From assembly GCF_009914755.1 (NCBI RefSeq), contig NC_060925.1: DNA of 64,000 nucleotides; one strand, written 5' to 3'. This stretch comes from the human T2T-CHM13v2.0 reference genome, Homo sapiens. The stretch's first letter is position 1, and every line of letters starts with the position of its first letter. The notes below the pieces were generated by a model, which did not search any database, had not been told where the DNA came from, and was given only the letters and a program-made list of their open reading frames with translations. Shown here piece after piece: positions 24,548 to 39,477 of the stretch. A program made the position numbers and the translations under genes.

Positions 24548-25724
24548 GGGTAAACATAAAAGAAATATTGGCCTATACATATTGGAGAAAACTAAACATT
24601 CAGCAAAGATAAAGAGAAAAATTATGAAAGACAAAAATGATATTTTAAAAGATTCACCAAAACAAAAATTAGGCTAACAGTAGAATGTTCATCAGCCACA
24701 AAATTCTAGATAACACTGAGGCTAAACTCACACATATACATACATGCATATACACAACTATCACAACTGAACTGCATAACTATATAATACATTATTATTT
24801 TAGTTATTTTATTCCAGGGATACATAGCTATATAAACATAACTATACACACATACTCCAGTGCATATACACCTTCACCCACTAATAATAATAATCCATTG
24901 TGTCAAGAAATGTAGACAAACACAGAGGAGTAGCCTGTACAAAATAAAGGTACTTAATATTAAATAACAGAATATTAAGACGTTAACTGATCATTGTGTC
25001 TAGGTTGAAGCCCTTATGCATGTAAACACATAAAAGTTAAAGATTGGCATACTGAGAATTATCCACTAATAAAGTCGTCCCGCCCCCAAAGTTCCCTGAA
25101 TGTAACTTTAATCTCTGTCTTCAGCATGTGAACCAAGAGCAACACATATAATAGAACACCTGAGATCCCTATTTACCATTTGTCTTTAGGAGGTTTTTAG
25201 GAATTTTTGCATCCTATTTTTTTCTTCCACGGGTAGTCATCATCTCTCCATTGACATGGATGGATACGAACCCCAAGTATCTTATATTTCATAATGAAAT
25301 TTCTCTTGATCATAACACTAGTTAATACACTGCCATTGCCATTTTTCTCCAATGCTGAAATATTCACACTTACAGATAATATAGTTTTCAGTGATGAAAA
25401 AATGACTAATGTCTAAAAAATAGTATTTAGCATCTAACTACATTTAATTTGATCCATATTGGATGAGTAAATATAGACCACACAATGTGTCGATAGTTAC
25501 AAAATTATTTTAGTATTGAAATCATTAGATTAAATTAAGTGAGTAAATCTGACATGAAGCTGATGATTATAAATACTTGTGTCGATTAGTATGAGATTAA
25601 AAAGAATAAGAGTTGAATACATATGACTCGTTTTTCTCATTTAGCTTTATAAGAAAAGTACATACAATTTACTAATTTTAAATATATAAATGAGGTAAAA
25701 CAAACACATTAAAATATAAAATGA

Positions 25725-26109
<385 letters not shown>

Positions 26110-26714
26110 GTGAGCTCCCTTCTGTTGCAAGAAGTAATTGCATGATTTATAGCTCTGTTAAGTGACAAAAACAATAAATATATATTTCCAAAAGGTTTTC
26201 CACTCCGTGCATATTTTATATGTACTTTTGAAAACAAAATATTGGGATATTTGGATTATCATAACTATGTGTACATAATGTCCTAGTAATATAAAATCAT
26301 TAACTCATATTTTTAACTGTGAAATTCTAATAGTCATGGAGTACTTGAAATAACATTGTTAACGCTACATTTCTGCTCTTATTTAAACCAAACCATCATG
26401 TATTAAGTAGATGTTTTCAGTCTGACCTAAGCAGTTCTTAAATGTGGAACTATAATTCACCATGGATCTTTTTGTCAATATTTAAAATATTTAAATAATA
26501 ATTTAATATTTTTTACAATATAATAATTAGTTAATAATTTGTGTTTGAAAACTAGTGAAGAATGTTTCTCTATGAAACCTTATTAAAAACATTTTTACAT
26601 AGTAAATGGAGTTGTGGCTGGGCAAATAACCCTTTTAATTCATCAGATAAATAAGTGCCTGTCGTAATAAAACATTTCTTTGATAATGATACACAGTTTG
26701 TCAAACAATACTAT

Positions 26715-27090
<376 letters not shown>

Positions 27091-27890
27091 CAAAATTATC
27101 ATATCACCTTTAAATATGTGATCACGATTCAGTTGCATGTCAGAAATAAGGGTATTCCAACTAAAATATTTAGTTGAATTTTCAATGCTCTAAATTAAAA
27201 AATGAAAACTTTATACTGTAAAGACAGAGTGGTAGGGACTCATTTGTCAAGTACTAATAGTTTTTCTATCTTTGATATTAGAACAACTGAACCCCAAAAT
27301 TCTTCTGTGTTGTCTCTAGAAAAAGTGTACTGAAGCACAAAATTAATACTCAGCACTGCAGTTTTATTTGTATGTCATATATCACATTAAATTTATTTTA
27401 TAGTTTTCTACTCTTTTAAAATCATATTCATACTATCCATCCTGTTAAATCTTTTTTACCAATCACATAAATATTGTTTTATGGGAAGAAGAATTTCTGA
27501 GATTCCAGTAATGCTTGAGGGTGACTAAATAATGAGGATATCTAAGTCATAATTTTCAGTACTCTGAAATAAAAATATATATATTTAATATTGGCTTTAT
27601 TATTGTTTTGAATCTTCTCAAAATATTTTAATATTTTCCACTCATTTAAACAAAATAATATGTATCTGAAAATAAGTTATGTTTAGACAAGTTTCTTCAA
27701 ATGTTGCCGCTGAACTCAATAAACTTAGAGATGCCAATGATTGTTAGTGAAAATTATCAGTGATGGTTTAGTGGATGGTGAAGGCTTTATTTAAAAAAAA
27801 AATACATGTTGAATATCAATATTTCCTTTGAAGGTACCCCTTTTATATATTTCTGAGAAATATTGCAATTCACATGTACCTGCAAATTGA

Positions 27891-28221
<331 letters not shown>

Positions 28222-29429
28222 AAGAATGACAATTTTTATTTTAACATATGGAACTATTTAAAGAAATCCATAAATTTTTTCTTACTCTTCAAAACTTTTC
28301 TGTTATATAGGATATTGTGTAAATATATCGTATTTTTCCTAAGTATATATCAGAATGTCCTGTAGTTTTGAATACAACTAGTTAGAATCAATTTATAATC
28401 CACACTCAAAGATTTTCTCAAATGCAGCTTAGATTGCTGAGTTATTTATCAGGATAGAAGCTTGCTTAGAAGTGCTCAGATGCAGAGGCAATTGACATGC
28501 ATGCAGATATCTCTTTAAATGAGAAAATATTGTTCCCTATAGAAACATATTGAGAAATGCATTTTAACAACTGTGATGAAACTACTGAGGACAAAAGTTA
28601 TAATATCTTTCCAGGCAAGGTAAAATGAGTTGGAAAAATAGGTGAAACATAAGTAGAATGCTAAAATGTAGATATAATTGTGATCTGGACTTGGGTAAAA
28701 TAGCACAGTATTATGTGGAGTGAAACTGGTATCTGAGAGCCCATAGCTATACATTGGCTAAACATCATAACCTAGGACTCAAGTTTGATTAATGGGATGG
28801 ATGTTAAAAATAAATAGGGTAAATTTCACATAAGCATCATTCTTTCATATATAGGAAAACCCTTGTTAAACTCTTCCTCAAAGCTAAATATAGAATAAAA
28901 ATTCAGCTATATGTCAATTTGTAGCTGGCTGACATTGTTTGAGCCAAGGAGTTGTATATCAAATTGAACGGTGTCAAAAATTGCATAACATAGTTTTTGT
29001 TAAAAAAAAAAAGTGCTGTTTTCACAATATATTGCAATTCATGACCATAAATGTTGATTTTTCCAAGATACATTATTACACCTCAGGAAATGTGATGTTT
29101 CTATTCACAATTATCAGAAGTACAAAGGGAGAAAACTAAGCCTTAAATTGCAACATATGATTTTTAAATGTGCTGATCAGTTTCAATGTGGGCATGTAAA
29201 TCTGTATGATTTTCTCACATTAGAAATGAACAGATGTACTTTCACAAAAAGTACAGTAAATCAGCTTTGTAACTTTGACAAAAGTTTTGGACTGTTACTG
29301 TTCTGCACATAGTAGTTTAGCAAATCAATTTTCTAAAAGAAATTATTTTTACAATAAAAGCATTGGCATTTTGAATAAGACGATCATTGGCTGTATGGTA
29401 GTGTCTTTCTCTTCAAGATCTTCAAAAAT

Positions 29430-31045
29430 AGTCCTACTACAAGATCCAGCAGTCATGCTCCTAAGTATTTACTTAACTGATTTGAAATAATATGTACATA
29501 TAAAGTCTGACAATAAATGGTTACAGCAGCTTTATTCATAATTGCCAAAAATAATTCATTGTTGCAACAAAGATGTCATTTGACAGGAGAGGAGAATGGG
29601 TAAAAACTTGTGATATCTTTATGCAATTGAATACTATTCAGTGATAAAAAAGAATGAGTTTAAGCTGCCTAAAGACATGGATGGAAGGGTGAAGAAAAAG
29701 ACGCATATTTAATTAACTTAGGAGATAAATGGAAACTCAGTCAAAAGACAGAAGGCACTGTACTGTAGTTGGTAAATGCATTTTTCCATGGGAGTACAAG
29801 CTCACAACTCTGAAAATGTGAAATATAAATTGAACAGTTAAGTAATAGATGGTATACGGTGGGAAACTGGTTTCTCATCATTAGAGAAGGATGCATGTGG
29901 TACTGTAATTGTTGAGAGACCTAAGTATGAACTTACGCAGGGCTTAATATAGATACAGATATATACATATATAAATATTTACAAACATGTAAATATACAG
30001 ACATATATTTCCTTTCTTTGTCAGCCAAGAGGACCCGTGCAATTTTTGTACCACTGAACACAACTAGCACTTAGATCTTATTTTCTCATCCACTTGCCAA
30101 TAAAACAAAGGACTCCTGGAAGAAATTGCTAATTCAAGGGCTGGGACAGGAAATATACAAGATGAACCTGAAACATCTCATAGTGCCAGAAAGTGAGGAA
30201 GTTTTTAAAATCCACGATGATTACATGTGACAAAAGGTCATAACTCACAACTGATTTAGCTCCCAATGACCAAAGTAGAAATGATTTGAAGAAAAACTAA
30301 GTTAGCATAGCATTGGGCTATAGCTCAAAGTATAAATTAAATATTCACAAATCCATAACAAAACACATGCACAAAAGAAGGAAGGAAAGAAGGAAGGAAG
30401 GAAGGAAGGAAGGAAGGAAGGAAGGAAGGAAGGAAGGAAGGAAGGAAGGGAGGGAGGGAGGGAGGGAGGGAGGGAGGGAGGGAGGGAGGGAAAGAGGGAG
30501 GGAGGGATGGAGGGAAGGAAGGAAGGAAGGAAGAAAGGAAGGAAGGAAGGAAGGAAAATGAAAGGAAAGGAAAGGAAGAGGATCAAGGAGACAATCAACC
30601 AGGTAATCAAGGAGGGAAGGAGGGAAAAAAAGAAGGAAGGGAGGGAACAGACAACAGATGTGAAGAATTCCAAATAATTTATGTAGATACTCTGCCTCCA
30701 ACAAAACTTTCTACCTCATAAATGATGGACTGTGCATAGCGAATTCTTTCCAAAGAGTACAGTATGGAAAATAAGAAAAAAATGATAACTTTATGCTTGA
30801 GACATCTCACAAACACTAGCTCAACTAGCTGATCAAGTCAATGTACACAGTAATAGCTCATGTTGATACTATCTACCCTTGATAAATTGTGATGGTAATG
30901 GCAATTTATGTCAGTGATCTTCCTCTACAAGACCCATAAACTCTAGTCTAATAATGAGAAACCACCCTAAATAAACCCTAATTGAAAGGTATTCTTCAAA
31001 GTACAACATCCGTATCCTTCAAAGCGTTAAGGTTATCAAAACTTT
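29430..31045 (+). mobile_element. L1MD-like ORF2 end and 3'UTR fragment
   Basis: 'gatccagcagtcatgctcctaagtattt', 'cagcagctttattcataattgccaaaa', 'gggctgggacaggaaatatacaagatgaacctg', 'ttccaaagagtacagtatggaaa'. Confidence 0.7.
30377..30646 (+). repeat. Compound polypurine microsatellite (GGAA)14-(GGGA)11 plus degenerate units
   Basis: Perfect GGAA 30392-30447 and perfect GGGA 30448-30491, counted by hand. Confidence 0.95.
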
Positions 31046-32629
31046 TAATAGACCGAAAAATTTTTACATTTGCAGGAAGCCCAAGTAACATTTGAATTTT
31101 GTGAGTGTTATAGGTTGGCATAACAGAGAAGCTTGGATTCAGAAAGATAAAAATATACAGTGTAGCTGAGTCTATCGGCTTAGATAATGTCTGCACCAAA
31201 ACCTGCATGCTTACAGCAAATAGATTTAGAGGATTTCGGATAGGCAATGTTTCTTAGGCAAAATGGAGGCTTAAATTTTACTTCTAATAACTTGATGCGT
31301 GGCTTTCTTCTTCAATTTCTCTTAAACAGTGTTGAAAATGACTTTTTCTTTATTCAAAGGTCATTACATAAACCAAGTAATGAGTAAAATAATGCATTGG
31401 AGGCTTTAAACTGCTACACCAATAGTGTATACTTTTTGAGCTCTTATTATTTATTATTATTATACAATATTTATTGAAAATTTTGGCTGCCGTCATCCTG
31501 ATATCTTTTATATTTTTTCCAAGATAGTTCTGACTTCAGCCTAGCTGTTTCTCTAGGGATAAAATACAGTATATCGGCAGGCATCTAGAAGACTATTGAA
31601 GAAGTTATCCCTCAATGGATGCCTTTCTTCACTAACTTAATTATATTTCTATAAGTATAAAGTTCTGGTATAAAATAAATGGCTTATTAATTTTATTTTG
31701 AAAACTTTCTGCAATTTTACAAAATCCTTAATAATAAAAGTACTTTTTTAAAAATCATGAGTATGCATGGGCCCACACTTTGTATGACACTTACTATAAA
31801 TACAGTTCAAGCTCTTGACAGTTACAAAGATTATATTTGATAGGCTATGATATATACCAGAATAGCATTGATATGCATTAAAAATGTGGCTTAACAGGAA
31901 ATTATATTTAGTATTTCAAAAATCTGGGAAAGAGCCTGGGGCCCTCAGCAATTCCCAGGTGATAACACTCTGAATATATGAATAAGAAATATTAAAATCC
32001 CCAAATAAAGGGAGAGGTTTGCAGGTGAGTAAATCTATATAGAGGCAGAAGTAAGGAAAATCGAGATCTTTAAGCAAAAAACAAAACAAAACAAAACACA
32101 ACCTTGGTAAAATTTTAGCGCATATAATACAATGCAAAGGCAGTATGTTCTGAGGTTTTGTTATCATTCCCATTACCTGTTTCACTTAGAAATTGTTGCA
32201 AATTCAGTGTCCAAAGAATTGTAAACCTTCTCATCTATTACAGGATATTTTCACATTATCTGTGATAAGATGACAACAAATATTTTACCTCACAGAGGTT
32301 TGAGCCTTTGCTGGGGTTTCTATTAAAATATAATACATTCTATATTTGTGGAAACTATGGTAAAGCAGTTAAATAACAAACAGAATCAAGATAATACGTT
32401 TATACTGTCTCTTCTTACCAGGGACTAAAAATTTTCCAAATATGAAAAACGTTGAGCATAAAATAGATGAATTAATGCAAGGGACTCATTCAACAAATAT
32501 AAATATAAAAATTTAATTAAAATTTGAAATAAATTATGTCCCAATATATCTTTGTGCAAACCCCAACATAGACCCTTCTCTCTGTTTTCCCATTTATGCT
32601 CTTCTTTATGAAGAGATACAGCAGCAGAA

Positions 32630-35600
32630 TGTTTCTTTCCTTATTTCTTCTAAAGAAAAAAAAAAACTGGGATACATGTGCAGAACGTGCAGGTTTGTTA
32701 CATAGGTATACGTGTGCCATGGTAGTTTTCTGCAACTACTGGCCTGTCCTCTAAGCTCCCTCCCCTCATCCCCCATCCCCCAATAGGCCCTGGTGTGATG
32801 TGTTGCCCTTTCGGTGCCCATGTGTTCTCAGTGTTCAATTCCCACTTATGAGTGAGAACATGCGGTATTTGGTTTTCTGCTCCTGTGTTAGTTTGCTTAG
32901 AATGATGGTTTCCAGCTTCAGCCATGTCCCTGCAAAGGACGTGAGCTCATTCCTTATTATGGCTGCATAGTATTCCATGGTGTATATGTACCACATTTTC
33001 TTTATCCAGTCTATCATTGATGGGCATTTGGGTTGGTTCCATGTCTTTGCTATTGTAAATAGTGCTGCAATAAACAGACATGTGCATGTGTCTTTATAGT
33101 AGAATAATTTATATTAGTTTGGATATATACACAGTACTGGGATTGCTGGGTCAAATGGTATTTCTGGCTCTAGATCCTTAAGGAGTTGCCATACCGTCTT
33201 CCACAATGGTTGAACTAATGTATATTCCTATGAACAGTGTAAAAGCATCCCTATTTCTCCACAGCCTTACCTACACAGATTGTATCCTGACTTTTTAATA
33301 ATTGCCATTCTGACTGGCGTGGGATGGTATCACATTGTGGTTTTGATTAGCATTCTTCTGATGATCAGTGTTCAGCTTTTTTTCATGTGTTTGTTGGCCA
33401 TGTAAATGTCTTCTTTTGAAAAGTGTCTGTTCATATCCTTTGCTCATTTTTGATGGGGTTGTTTGTTTTATCTTGTAAATATGTTAAGTTCCTTGTAAAT
33501 TCTGAATATTAGATCTTTGTCAGATGGGTAGACTGCAACAATTTTCTCCCAATCTGTAGGTTGCCTGTACACACTGATGATAGTTTCTTTTGCTGTGCAG
33601 AAGCTCTTAAGTAAAATTAGATCCCATTTGTTAATTTTGGCTTTTGTTGTGATTGCTTTTGGCATTTTTGTCATAAAGTCTTTGCCTGTGCCTATGACCT
33701 GAATGGTATTGCCTTGGTTTTCCTCTGGGTTTTTATGATTTTGGGTTTCACATTTAAGTCTTTAATCCATCTTGAGTTAATTTTTGTACAAGGTTTAAGG
33801 AAGGGGTCCAGTTTCAGTTTTCTGCCAATAGCTAGCCAGTTTTCCCAGCACCATTTACTGAATAGGAGATCCTGTCCCCCTTGTTTGTTTTTGTCATGTT
33901 TGTCGAAGATCAGATGGTTGTAGATGTGTGGTGTTACTTCTGAGGCCTCTGTTCTGCTCCATTGGTCTATATGGCTGTTTTGGTACCAGTACCATGCTGT
34001 TTTGGTTACTGTAGCCTTGTAGTATAGTGTGAAGTCAGGTAGCGTGATGCCTCCATCTTTGTTCCTTTTGCTTAGAATTGTCTTGGCTGTGTGGGCTCTT
34101 CTTTTATTTCATATAAAATTTAAAATAGTTTTTTCTAATTCTGTGAAGAATGTCAATGGTAGTTTCATGGGAATAGCATTGAATCTATAAATTACTTTTG
34201 GCAGTATGGCCATTTTCATGATATTGATTCTTTCTATCCATGAGGATGAAATGTTTTTTGATTTGTTTGTGTCCTCTCATTTCCTTGAGCAGTGGTTTGT
34301 AGTTCTCTTGAAGAGTTCCTTCACATTCCTTGTTAGCTGTACTCCTAGTTATTTTATTCTCTTTGTAGAAATTGTGAATGGGAGTTCATTCATGATTTGG
34401 CTCTCTGCTTGCCTATTGTTGGTGTAAGGGAATGCTTGTGATTCTTGCACATTGATTTGGTATCCTGAGACTTTGCTGAAGTTGCTTATCAGTTCAAGAA
34501 GTTTTTGGGCTGAGATGATGAGGTTTTCTAAATATAAAATCATGTGATCTGAAAACAGAGACAACTTGACTTCCTCTCTTCTTATTTGAATACCTTTATT
34601 TGTTTCTCTTGCCTGATTGCTCTGGCGAGAACTTCCAATACTATGTTGAATAGAAGTGGTGAGAGAGGGCATCCTTGTCTTGTACTGGTTTTCAAAGGGA
34701 ATGCTTCCAGCTTTTGCCCATTTAATATGATATTGACTGTGGGTTTGTAACAAATAGCTCTTATTATTTTAATATATGTTTCATCAATACTTAGTTCATT
34801 GAGAGTTTTTAACATGAAGGGATGTTGAATTTTATTGAAGGCTTTTTCTGCATCTATTGAGATAATCATGTGGTTTTTTTCATTGGTTCTGTTTAAGTGA
34901 TTTTATTGATTTGCGTATGTTGAATTAGTCTTGCATCCCAGGAATGAAGCCGACTTGGTGATGATGGATAAACTTTTTGATGTGCTGCTGGATTCAGTTT
35001 GCCAGTACTTTAATGAAGATTTTCACATAGATGTTCATCAGGGATATTGGTTGAGGTTTTCTTTTTCTGTTGTGTCTCTTCTGGGTTTTGGTATCAGGAT
35101 GATGCTGGCTTCATAAAATGAGTTAGGAAGGAGTCCTTCCTTTTCAATTGTTTGGGATAGTTTCAGAAGGAATGGTACCAGCTTCTCTTTGTATTTCTGG
35201 TAGAATTCAGCTGTGAATCCATCTGTTCCTGGGCTTTTTTTGATTGATAGGCTATTAATTACTGCCTCAATTTCAAAGCTTGTTATTGGTCTAGTCAGGG
35301 ACTCAACCTCTTTCTGGCTTAGTCTTGGGAGAATGTATGAGTCCAGGAATTTCTCCATTTCTTCTAGAATTTCTAGATTACTTGCATAGAAGTGCTTTTA
35401 GTATTCTCTGATAGTAGTTTGAATTTCTGTGGGGTCAGTGGTGATATTCCCTTTATCATTTTTTGTTGTGTTTGACTCTTCTCTCCCTTCTTTATTAGTC
35501 TAGCCAGCAGTCTATCTTCTTTTTTAAATTTTTTCAAAAAAACAGCTCCTGGATTCATTGATTTTTTTTTTGAGGGCTTTTTGTGTCTTTATCTCCTTCA

Positions 35601-38600
35601 ATTCCTCTCTGATTTTATTGTAATTTATCACATTCTGCTAGCTTTTGGATTAGTTTGTGCTTGCCTCTCTAGCTCTTTTAATTGTGATGTTAGAGTGTCA
35701 ATTTCAGATACTTCTAGCTTTCTGATGTGGGCATTTAGTGCTATAAATTTCTCTCTTAACACTGCTTTAGCTGTGTCCCAGAGATTCTGATACGTTGTCT
35801 CCTTGTTCTCATTGGTTTCAAAGAATTTTTATTTCTGCCTTAATTTCGTTATTTACCCAGGAGTCATTCAGGAGGAGATTGTTTAATTTTCATGAAATTG
35901 TGTGGTTTTGAGTAAGTTTCTTAATCCTGAATTCTAATTTGATTGCACTGTGGTCTGAGAGACTGTTATTATTTCAGTTCTTTTGCATTTGCTGAGGAGT
36001 GTTTTATTTCCAATACTGTGGTCAGTTTTAGAATAAGTGCCATGTGGCACTGAGAAGAATATATATTCTGTTGATTTGGGGTAGAGAGTTCTGCAGACGT
36101 CTACTAGGTCTACTTGATCTAGAGCTGAGTTCAAGTCCTGGATATCCTAGTTAATTTTCTGTCTCATTGATCTGTCTAATACTGACAATGGAGTGTTAAA
36201 GTCTCCCACTATTGCTGTATGGAAGTCTAAGTCTCTTTGTAGGTCACTAAGAACTTGTTTTATAAATCTGAGTGCTCCTGTATTGGGTGCATATATATTT
36301 AAAATAGTTAGCTCTTCTTGTTGAATTGTGTCCTTTACCATTATGTAATGCCCTTCTTTGTCTTTTTTGATCTTTGTTGGTTTAAAGTCTGTGTTTTGTC
36401 AGAGACTAGCATTACAACCTCTGCTTTTTTTTTTTTTTCTTTCCCTTTCCTTGCTAAATTTTCCTCCATCCCTTTATTTTGAGCCTGGGTGTGTCTTTGC
36501 ACATAAGACGGGTCTCCTGAATACAGCACACAGATGGGCCTTGACTCCTTATTCGAATTGCCAGTCTGTTTTTTTTTTTTTTTTTGACGAAGTTCTAAAG
36601 CTAATTTAATGAGGAAGAGACAATCTTTTCAACATATGGTGCTGTAACAACTGTATATCCAGAGGCAAAATAATAAACTTCTACCCATACCTTACCGCAT
36701 ACGTAAAAATCAACCCAAATGGACTAGAGGCCTAATATGAAAGCTAAAACTATAAAGCCTCTAGAATAAACAGGCAAATATAACCTTGGAGTAAGCAAAG
36801 ATTTCCTTCCTTCCTTCCTTCCTTCCTCCCTCTCTCCCACCCTTCCTCCTTTCTTTCCTTTCTTCTTTCAGACAAAGTCTCACTCTGTCACCCAGGCTGG
36901 AGGGCAGTGGTGTGAGGCAGGGGAGTTTCTCGAACCCAGGAGGCAGAGGCTGCCATGAGAAGTCTGTGTTTTTTAATTAGGGCTTTTAGCCCATTTATAT
37001 TTAAGGTTAGTATTGTTATGTGAGAATTTGATCCTGTCATCATGAAGCTATTCGGTTATTTTGCGCACTAGTTGATGCAGTTTCTTCATCATATCATTGG
37101 TCTTTATATTTTGGTGTGGTTTTGCAGTGGCTGGTACAGGTTTTTCCTTTCCATATTTAATGCTTCCTTCAGGAGCTCTTGCAGGGCAAGCCTGGTGGTA
37201 GCAAAATCCCTCAGCATTTGCTTGTCTGGAAAGGATTTTATTTCTCCTTCACCGATGAAGCTTAGTTTGACTGGATATGAATTTCTGATTTGAAAAAAAC
37301 TCTTCTTTAAGAATGTTGAATATTGGTCTCCAATCTCTTCTGGCTTGTAGAGTTTCTGCTGAGAGGCTCACTGTTAGTCTGATGGGCTTCCCTTTGTAGG
37401 TGACTTGGCCTTTCTCTCTGGCTGTCCTTAATAGTTTTTCCTTCATTTTGTCTTGAAGAATCTGATGATTATGTGTCTTGGGGTTGATAGTCTCGTGGAG
37501 TATCTTAATGGTGTTCTCTGTATTTCCTAAATTTGCATGTTGGCCTGTCTTGCTAGGTTGGGGAAGTTCTCCTGGATAATATCCTGAAGGGTGTTTTCCA
37601 GCTTGTTTCCATTCTCCCCATCTCCTTCTAGTATTCCAATCAAATGTAGGTTCAGTCTTTTCATGAAATCCCATATTTCTTGGAGGCTTTGTTCATTCCT
37701 TTTCATCACTTTTACTGTATTCTTGTCTGCATATCTTACCTCAGTAAGGTGGTCTTCAAACTCTGACATACTTTCTTCCACATGGTCAATTTAGCTACTG
37801 ATACTTGCATATGGTTTAGGAAGTCCTCGTGCTGTGTTTTTCAGCTCCATCAGGGCATTTATGTTCCTCTCTAAACTGGTTAATTCTAGTTAGCAATTCC
37901 TCTATCATTTTATCAAGGTTCTTAGCTTATTTGCATTGGGTTAGAACATGATCCTTTAGCACATTGTAGATTTTTATTACCCATCTTCTGAAGCCTACTT
38001 CTGTCAATTCGCCCATCCGATCCTCCTGCAGCTCTGTGCCCTTGATGGAGAGACGTTGCAATCATTTGGAGAAGAAGAGGCACTCTGGCTTTTGGGTTTT
38101 CAGCATTTTTTCATTGATTCTCTCTCATCTTCCTGAGATTGTCTAGTTTCCATCTTTGAGGCTGCTGTCCCTTGGATGGGGCTTTTGTGGGGCCCTTTTT
38201 TTTGGTTGTTGTTGTTGTTTATGCTATTGTTGCTTTCTGCTTGTTTGTTTTCCTTTCAGTAGTCTGGTTCCTCTTCTGTAGGGCTGCTGCAGTATTCTGG
38301 ATGTTCACTTCAGGCCCTATTCATCTGATTTGCTCCTGTGCCTGAAGATGTCATTCAAGGAGGCTGAAGAGCAGCAAAGATGTGTGCCTCCTCCTCCTTC
38401 TGGGACCTCTGACTTTGAGGGGCACCAACTGATGCCAGCAGGCTAGCTCCCGTATAGGGTATCTGACAACACCTGTTGGAGGATCTCACCCCGTTGGGTG
38501 GCACGGGGAGCAGAACCTGTTTAACAAAGCACCTTGTCCCTTGGTAAAGATGGTGTGTTTTGCTGGGGAGAAAACCACTTGTCTGGGCTGTCCGTATTCC

Positions 38601-39452
38601 TCAGAACTACCAGGAGGGAAGACTAAGTCTGTTGGTCTGCAAAGACTGCGGCTACCCCTTCCCCTAGGGGCTCAGGCCCAGGAGATCCGAATTCTGTCCC
38701 TGAGCCTCAGGCTGGAGTTATTGGAGATCCTGCAGGGAGGCCCTGCTCACTGAGGAAGGACGGGTCATGGTTAGGCCTGAAGAGGCACTCTGGCTGCAGA
38801 CTGCCACAGCCAGTGTGTTGGGCTGTGAGGACAAGTCTTGGGACCAAGCCATCCAGCCTCCCTGGCTCCAGCAGGGGAAAAGAATGGCCTGGAGCTATAG
38901 GAATGGGTGCGGCCCTTTCCCATATCAGAGAGCTTAGCATGTTAGGCAGTTGCAGGTCCCAGTGCTGGCTGCTGCCCCTCCCCCAAGGAGCTCAAAGGGC
39001 TTAGACAGCAGGCAGCTGCAGCCAGTGCTGGTCATCCCTCCCCTAGGGAGTTTAGTAGGCTTAAGCAGATTCTAGCTGAGTAGCTGTACAAATCTGCACA
39101 ATCCAGGGTTGTGATGCTAGGCCCAGTGGCATGGATTCACAAGTTGGATCTTCCAATCCGTGAGTTGCACAGTTCCATGAAAAAAGCAGTTTCCTGGCTC
39201 GGTAGCATGCTCACTCACTACCTCCCTTGGCTGTCAGGAGGGTGTTCCCCTTCCCCACGTGGCTCTCAGGGGATCCCCACACCACAATGCTTTTCCTTCT
39301 CTCTGTGGGTCATGCCAGCCTTCGAGTCAATTTTGGTGAGAGAACCTGGATACCTTGATTGCTGGTGAAGGATTTGCATGCTTATTATGCTCATTTTTGA
39401 TGAGAGCCTCCAAACACCACGGCTTCTAGTCGGCTGTCTTGGCCTGGCCCCT
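32630..39452 (-). mobile_element. Full-length LINE-1 (L1PA8/L1PA8A-like), ORFs disrupted
   Basis: 5'UTR ~38100-39452. ORF1 remnants 37249..37781. ORF2 from ATG 37040 (atgacaggatcaaat) to ~32835 (MFSLISGN), with EN (NIYAPNTGA, IVGDFNTPLS) and RT ([24 protein letters not shown]) motifs. TSD agcagcagaa at 32620-32629 and 39453-39462. Confidence 0.95.
36570..36960 (-). pseudogene. Orphan retrocopy of a polyadenylated transcript 3' end (Alu 3' part, purine tail, antisense L1M), with 5' inversion
   Basis: Poly(T) 36569-36585; ATTAAA on the minus strand (36605-36610) 19 nt upstream of it; TSD agtctgt at 36563-36569 and 36961-36967; inverted Alu segment 36913-36959. Confidence 0.8.
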
Positions 39453-39477
39453 AGCAGCAGAAATTAATACTCACCTA

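Noticed and set aside
30302-30704. ORFs of 82-123 aa (PSFL/PSLP and KEGR repeats)
   Set aside because: Translations of the GGAA/GGGA microsatellite.
32835-37781. Reverse transcriptase, endonuclease and ORF1 peptides as functional genes or a novel RT system
   Set aside because: Standard LINE-1 ORF1/ORF2, broken by many stops and frameshifts and by the 36570-36960 insertion.
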